DNA of 64,000 bases, taken from assembly GCA_009991965.1 (NCBI GenBank), contig JAACWQ010000003.1, positions 15,274-79,273 of the forward strand. The letters run 5' to 3'. Shown here in pieces: positions 61,601 to 64,000 of this stretch (position 1 is its first letter; every line of letters starts with the position of its first letter). The translations under genes and the position numbers were made by a program. The notes beneath the pieces are model-generated. The model ran no database searches. It was not told where the DNA came from and worked only from the letters and a program-made list of their open reading frames with translations. Origin of the DNA: Minisyncoccota bacterium. Lineage in GTDB: Bacteria > Patescibacteriota > Microgenomatia > UBA1400 > PJMF01.

Positions 61601-62052
61601 CCTGTAACAGGATCTGTTTCGCCAGAGAAAAAGACGCCCGGAGAACGGACGAGTTGGGTAACAACCGCACGCTCAATACCGTTAATAATAAAGGTACCGA
61701 TGTTAGTCATCTTTGGGATATCGCCCAAGAAAACATCTTGTGTTTGCACATCACCCGTGCGTTTGTTGGTCAATTTTGCCGAAACATACAGCGGCATGTC
61801 GTAGGAGACACCCTTCTGTTTTGCCTCTGTAATGGTGTATTTTTGTTTGCCGAAGTAGTGCTCGCCAAAGTTGAGCGACCAGTTTTTGCCAGTGTAATCT
61901 TCTACGCCCTCGTCGGCATAGATCTCTGCGATTGTGTCACGAATACCTGTATCAAGAAAAATGCGATAGCTCTCAATCTGCAAACCAACCAAATCTAATT
62001 TTGGTAAAGTTGTTTGAACAAGACCCCAATTTTGTCGATCAAGTTGTGACAT
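58624..62052 (-). CDS. rpoB: DNA-directed RNA polymerase subunit beta, with an acidic C-terminal tail
   Basis: Full-length beta similarity ('GRHGNKGV', 'NLGQ..E' and related motifs) supports the call. There is an AGGAG RBS. The C-terminal 60 aa are Asp/Glu-rich. Confidence 0.97.
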   Translation of the reverse strand: MSQLDRQNWGLVQTTLPKLDLVGLQIESYRIFLDTGIRDTIAEIYADEGVEDYTGKNWSLNFGEHYFGKQKYTITEAKQKGVSYDMPLYVSAKLTNKRTGDVQTQDVFLGDIPKMTNIGTFIINGIERAVVTQLVRSPGVFFSGETDPVTGKQLFTAELRPKRGSWLELTVGKKNVITVKIDRRRKIPATTLLRALGYSSDEEITELLRNEIGQDEFDLVQTTLTKDTTRSQAEALIEIYEKMRPGEPAVVETAKEYLTQLFFDRRRYDLGKVGRYKLNRRLSLKTDKDTTILTPEDIISAVKYLILLQNGIGKTDDIDHLSNRRVRQIGELVQESAFRIGLIRLERSIREKMSLTKTDELLSPASLVNARPLIATISEFFRRNRLSTILDQTNPLSEIDNLRRLSVMGTGGVTRERASFSMRDINASQYSRIDPVRSPEGPNIGLVTYLSLYARVNNFGFLEAPYQPVKKAGSKMHVSDEIIYLSADEEEDYKITHRSIDLDKDNNIVDEWVPIRYMNTFIEGPVTDVQYIDVVPRQVVGTSASLIPFIAHDEANRALMGTHMQCQAVPLIKPQAPIVGTGMETEVATAMHRSVKARNSGVVASVDGTKVQIKLSKADAAKVDLSLNDETTFLKGDIETYLVEKFVRTSQSTCYSQTPIVTVGQKITAGDVIIDGPASDHGELALGSNVVIAYTSFDGLGYEDAIVISERLVREDVLTSIQINEFKAKVMDTKLGPEELTSDIPNVAEIFLSNLTEEGVVRVGSVVSSGDILVGKIAPKGETELTPEERLLRAIFGEKSREVRDTSLRMPHGESGTVIDVQVLNSESGDELDPGTLQEVTVRVAQLRKITVGDKLAGRHGNKGVISKIVPTADMPHLEDGTPVDVIISPLSVLARMNLGQLLEAHAGWAAKKLGYTIAVPAFERFKEDKIWKELERAGLPVSGKAQLFDGRTGETYGEPSTVGIGYILKLSHMVEDKMHARSTGPYSLVTQQPLGGKAQMGGQRLGEMEVWALEAHRAAHTLQEMLTIKSDDVMGRSKAFEAIVKGEVIPAPTVPESFRVLMRELNSLGLDVVPHGVEEVEEETVVLKLDSDEPDMVDDVEETEPETGDEEEPAEDEEVSEDELLKTDDDDDTEAVVTEEN

Positions 62053-62099
62053 AGTCTCTCCTTTGCGTTAGTAACTCTGGTAGTAGTGATGATGATTGA

Positions 62100-62130
62100 G
62101 CAACAAAAACACAACCACGACGATGTCGTG
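62100..62130 (-). terminator. Possible terminator/attenuator hairpin between mltG and rpoB
   Basis: On the minus strand, the CACGAC-AUC-GUCGUG hairpin is followed by GUUGUGUUUUUGUUG. Confidence 0.3.
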
Positions 62131-62255
62131 TTTGCGTACACTTTACTCACTGACCAAAAAACGATGCGTTGCGGTCTTCAAGAAAATCACCCCTACTTAT
62201 TTGTTTCCTAATATTTCCTAATAGCTGAACTCAGGATTTTAACACGATCAAGATC

Positions 62256-63239
62256 TCACTGCAAGTAGCGTGCTACGTTGACAAGGTGACTTTCGTAGGT
62301 TTCTGCGTAGTAAATCTCACCCGTTGGGGCGTGAAGATAGAAAAAGTCGTCGCTTTCCAGAGGTGTGTGCACTGCTTGCAATGCAGAAAGACCTGGATTC
62401 GCAATTGGGTGTGGTGGTAAACCAGGGTTGCGATACGTATTGAATGGCGATTTCAATTCTTTATCTGCTGCGCGTGGCGGCGCCCACCACTCTCCAGCAA
62501 CATTGCCGCGAACGTACTGCAAAGTTGCATCTATTTCTAGGGCCATGTTAATTTTAAGACGATTCTCAAGAATACCAGCCACATGCCGCATCTGTTCACT
62601 CCCCCGTGCTTCGCGCTCTACCAAGGATGCGAGAATAACCAAACGCTTTGCTTCAGCATCTGTGAAATCACCCACTGTTGCTAACTTTTTTTCGAAAGTT
62701 GTCGTGAAGAGGTTGACAAGTGCGGTCGTCGTAATTTCTTTTGGTACCAAATAGGTATCTGGGAATAAATATCCTTCACTCGTAGCAGTCAGCTCGAGAA
62801 ATTTTGCTTTGTCGAACTCGGACAGATCTATGGTTTCTAAATACTCTGCAATTTCTTCTCTGCGCCAGCCTTCGAGCAGCGTGATCCAGACGTCCTCCGT
62901 ACCCTCGGTTAAAGTCTGCGCTATATCTGGCGTACTTTGGGTCGGGCTGAGCGTGAACGAGCCTGCTTGGATTTTGGTATCGAGCTTATTGAGCTGCACA
63001 TACAAACGAAAAGCGTATTTTGAACGAATGAGCTTGGCTTCTTCTAGCTTGGCGCCGATAGCTGCAATCCCCTGGCCTTTGGAGACAACAAACCGTACTT
63101 CATTGCCAGCATTTGCAGCTGGGGCAAGGAGGTATTTTGCTCCACAATAAATGGTTGCGAGTACCAAAGCTAAAAAGGCTAGGCTGGCTACAATAAGAAT
63201 TCGAGTTTTTTGCACGATTGATAGTATAGCTGTAGTCAA
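62256..63239 (-). CDS. mltG: Endolytic murein transglycosylase MltG (YceG-like)
   Basis: It has an N-terminal TM helix. The YceG core 'LASLVEREARG...AGILENRL' is present. Confidence 0.8.
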   Translation of the reverse strand: MTTAILSIVQKTRILIVASLAFLALVLATIYCGAKYLLAPAANAGNEVRFVVSKGQGIAAIGAKLEEAKLIRSKYAFRLYVQLNKLDTKIQAGSFTLSPTQSTPDIAQTLTEGTEDVWITLLEGWRREEIAEYLETIDLSEFDKAKFLELTATSEGYLFPDTYLVPKEITTTALVNLFTTTFEKKLATVGDFTDAEAKRLVILASLVEREARGSEQMRHVAGILENRLKINMALEIDATLQYVRGNVAGEWWAPPRAADKELKSPFNTYRNPGLPPHPIANPGLSALQAVHTPLESDDFFYLHAPTGEIYYAETYESHLVNVARYLQ

Positions 63240-63605
63240 TTACTCTGTAACTTCCAAAATATTTCCGTCTGGGTCTTTAAAATAAGCAACCGTTTGTCCC
63301 CAAGGCATTTGCTTGGGACCCTCAAAAATATCAATACCTTTGTTCTGCAGTTCTTGACATGCTGTCTCTACATCCGCCACCGGAAACGCAATCACGCACC
63401 CTCCACCAGATTTCATATGGGATTTTGGAAACATTGCCACAGCCTCATCTTTTTGGAAAATCGCCAAAAGTGTCTCACCAAGTTTGAAATCTGTGTAGTT
63501 GGTATCCTGAGAATTGAGCTTGAGATCCAGAGTATCTCTGTAAAAAGCCAACGATTTTTCGTAGTCTTCGACGAGCAGACAAAGAGCGTAGAGTTTGTTA
63601 AACAT
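63240..63605 (-). CDS. VOC/glyoxalase-bleomycin resistance family protein
   Basis: It is 121 aa. 'LYALCLLVEDYEKSLAFYRDTLDL' and 'GNILEVTE' give the beta-alpha-beta-beta-beta VOC pattern. Confidence 0.7.
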   Translation of the reverse strand: MFNKLYALCLLVEDYEKSLAFYRDTLDLKLNSQDTNYTDFKLGETLLAIFQKDEAVAMFPKSHMKSGGGCVIAFPVADVETACQELQNKGIDIFEGPKQMPWGQTVAYFKDPDGNILEVTE

Positions 63606-63629
63606 ATTTTACATTGAGTAATCTCAAAT

Positions 63630-63950
63630 TTACTTTTCTAGTAAATCGAGAACTGCGATCCTCCTCCACTCCAATTCTGAAGTGCCTTTTTCATCTTGTT
63701 CTAATCTAAATTCAATGAGTGCCTCAAGTTGGGCAAGTTGGGTCCTCAATTCTGGCTCTGTCATCTGCTTGAGTTCAGACAAAAATTCTGTTCTTCGCTC
63801 TACATTTTCTCCATCCGTCATGCCCGTAGGTGGAGTTTTCATCTCACTGAGCGAGCGACCCTCTCCCAAAAGTTTTTTACCCTCACGCGCCCTCTCTCTA
63901 TGATTTTTTGCACCTAAAACAGAATTTCTAAATGTGTTTAATTCTGTCAT
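63630..63950 (-). CDS. Hypothetical charged helical protein
   Basis: This is a 106 aa ORF with no recognisable motifs. Confidence 0.3.
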   Translation of the reverse strand: MTELNTFRNSVLGAKNHRERAREGKKLLGEGRSLSEMKTPPTGMTDGENVERRTEFLSELKQMTEPELRTQLAQLEALIEFRLEQDEKGTSELEWRRIAVLDLLEK

Positions 63951-64000
63951 AAAAACTTACTATAAACCACAAAATCTACTTTCAAATAATGTTTTGTCAG

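Noticed and set aside
54996-62000. Many 60-170 aa ORFs on the + strand inside rpoC/rpoB (for example 56564-57004 and 59390-59890)
   Set aside because: They are antisense shadows of very long conserved genes. There are no RBS signals and the amino-acid composition is Ser/Cys-rich.
1-64000. CRISPR arrays, rRNA genes, transposases/integrases and phage structural genes
   Set aside because: No spaced direct-repeat arrays, rRNA-like conserved stretches or recombinase motifs were seen on either strand. For that reason the islet at 8.8-10.4 kb is not called a mobile element.

Overview
This 64 kb window looks like a small-genome bacterium. I infer it is likely Candidate Phyla Radiation (Patescibacteria) from the gene content and the absence of rpmD. 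The right half (about 34.4-62.1 kb, minus strand) is one contiguous translation/transcription super-cluster: rpoB-rpoC, rpsL-rpsG-fusA-tuf, the S10/spc/alpha ribosomal operons, secY-adk-map-infA-rpmJ, rpoA-rplQ and rplM-rpsI. All of these are recognisable from conserved protein motifs. The left half is accessory and envelope-related. It starts with a lipid-linked glycan cluster: a GT4 WecA-like transferase, a UbiA/DPPR-synthase-like enzyme and GT39-like GT-C membrane glycosyltransferases. A convergent pair follows: a possible HD-domain protein plus a UvrD helicase with a RecB-type nuclease. Next is a low-GC islet carrying a HicA-like toxin, sitting directly 3' of a tRNA-Pro(GGG). After that come recA, rny and secG. 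An unusual cell-wall-type operon follows: an alpha/beta hydrolase, a MurF-like ligase whose N-terminal domain is replaced by a polytopic membrane domain, and a DegT-aminotransferase::FemAB fusion protein. Further along are a lipoprotein cyclophilin, a PurF::PurN fusion whose catalytic Cys lies upstream of any canonical start codon, a DUF4012-like protein and prfB. An ftsE-ftsX-envC-like divisome module is present, and its M23 domain appears permuted or degenerate. Finally there is a tandem lamin-tail-domain surface protein with VanZ, HU, and a duplicated ABC-2 transporter module whose fourth permease has been reduced by deletion to a pseudogene. I found no CRISPR arrays, rRNA genes, integrases or transposases. 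The strongest candidate for an undescribed system is the hydrolase / membrane-MurF-like / DegT-FemAB operon at 15.1-19.5 kb. Second is the HD-protein plus helicase-nuclease pair next to the tRNA-adjacent HicA islet at 4.5-10.4 kb.
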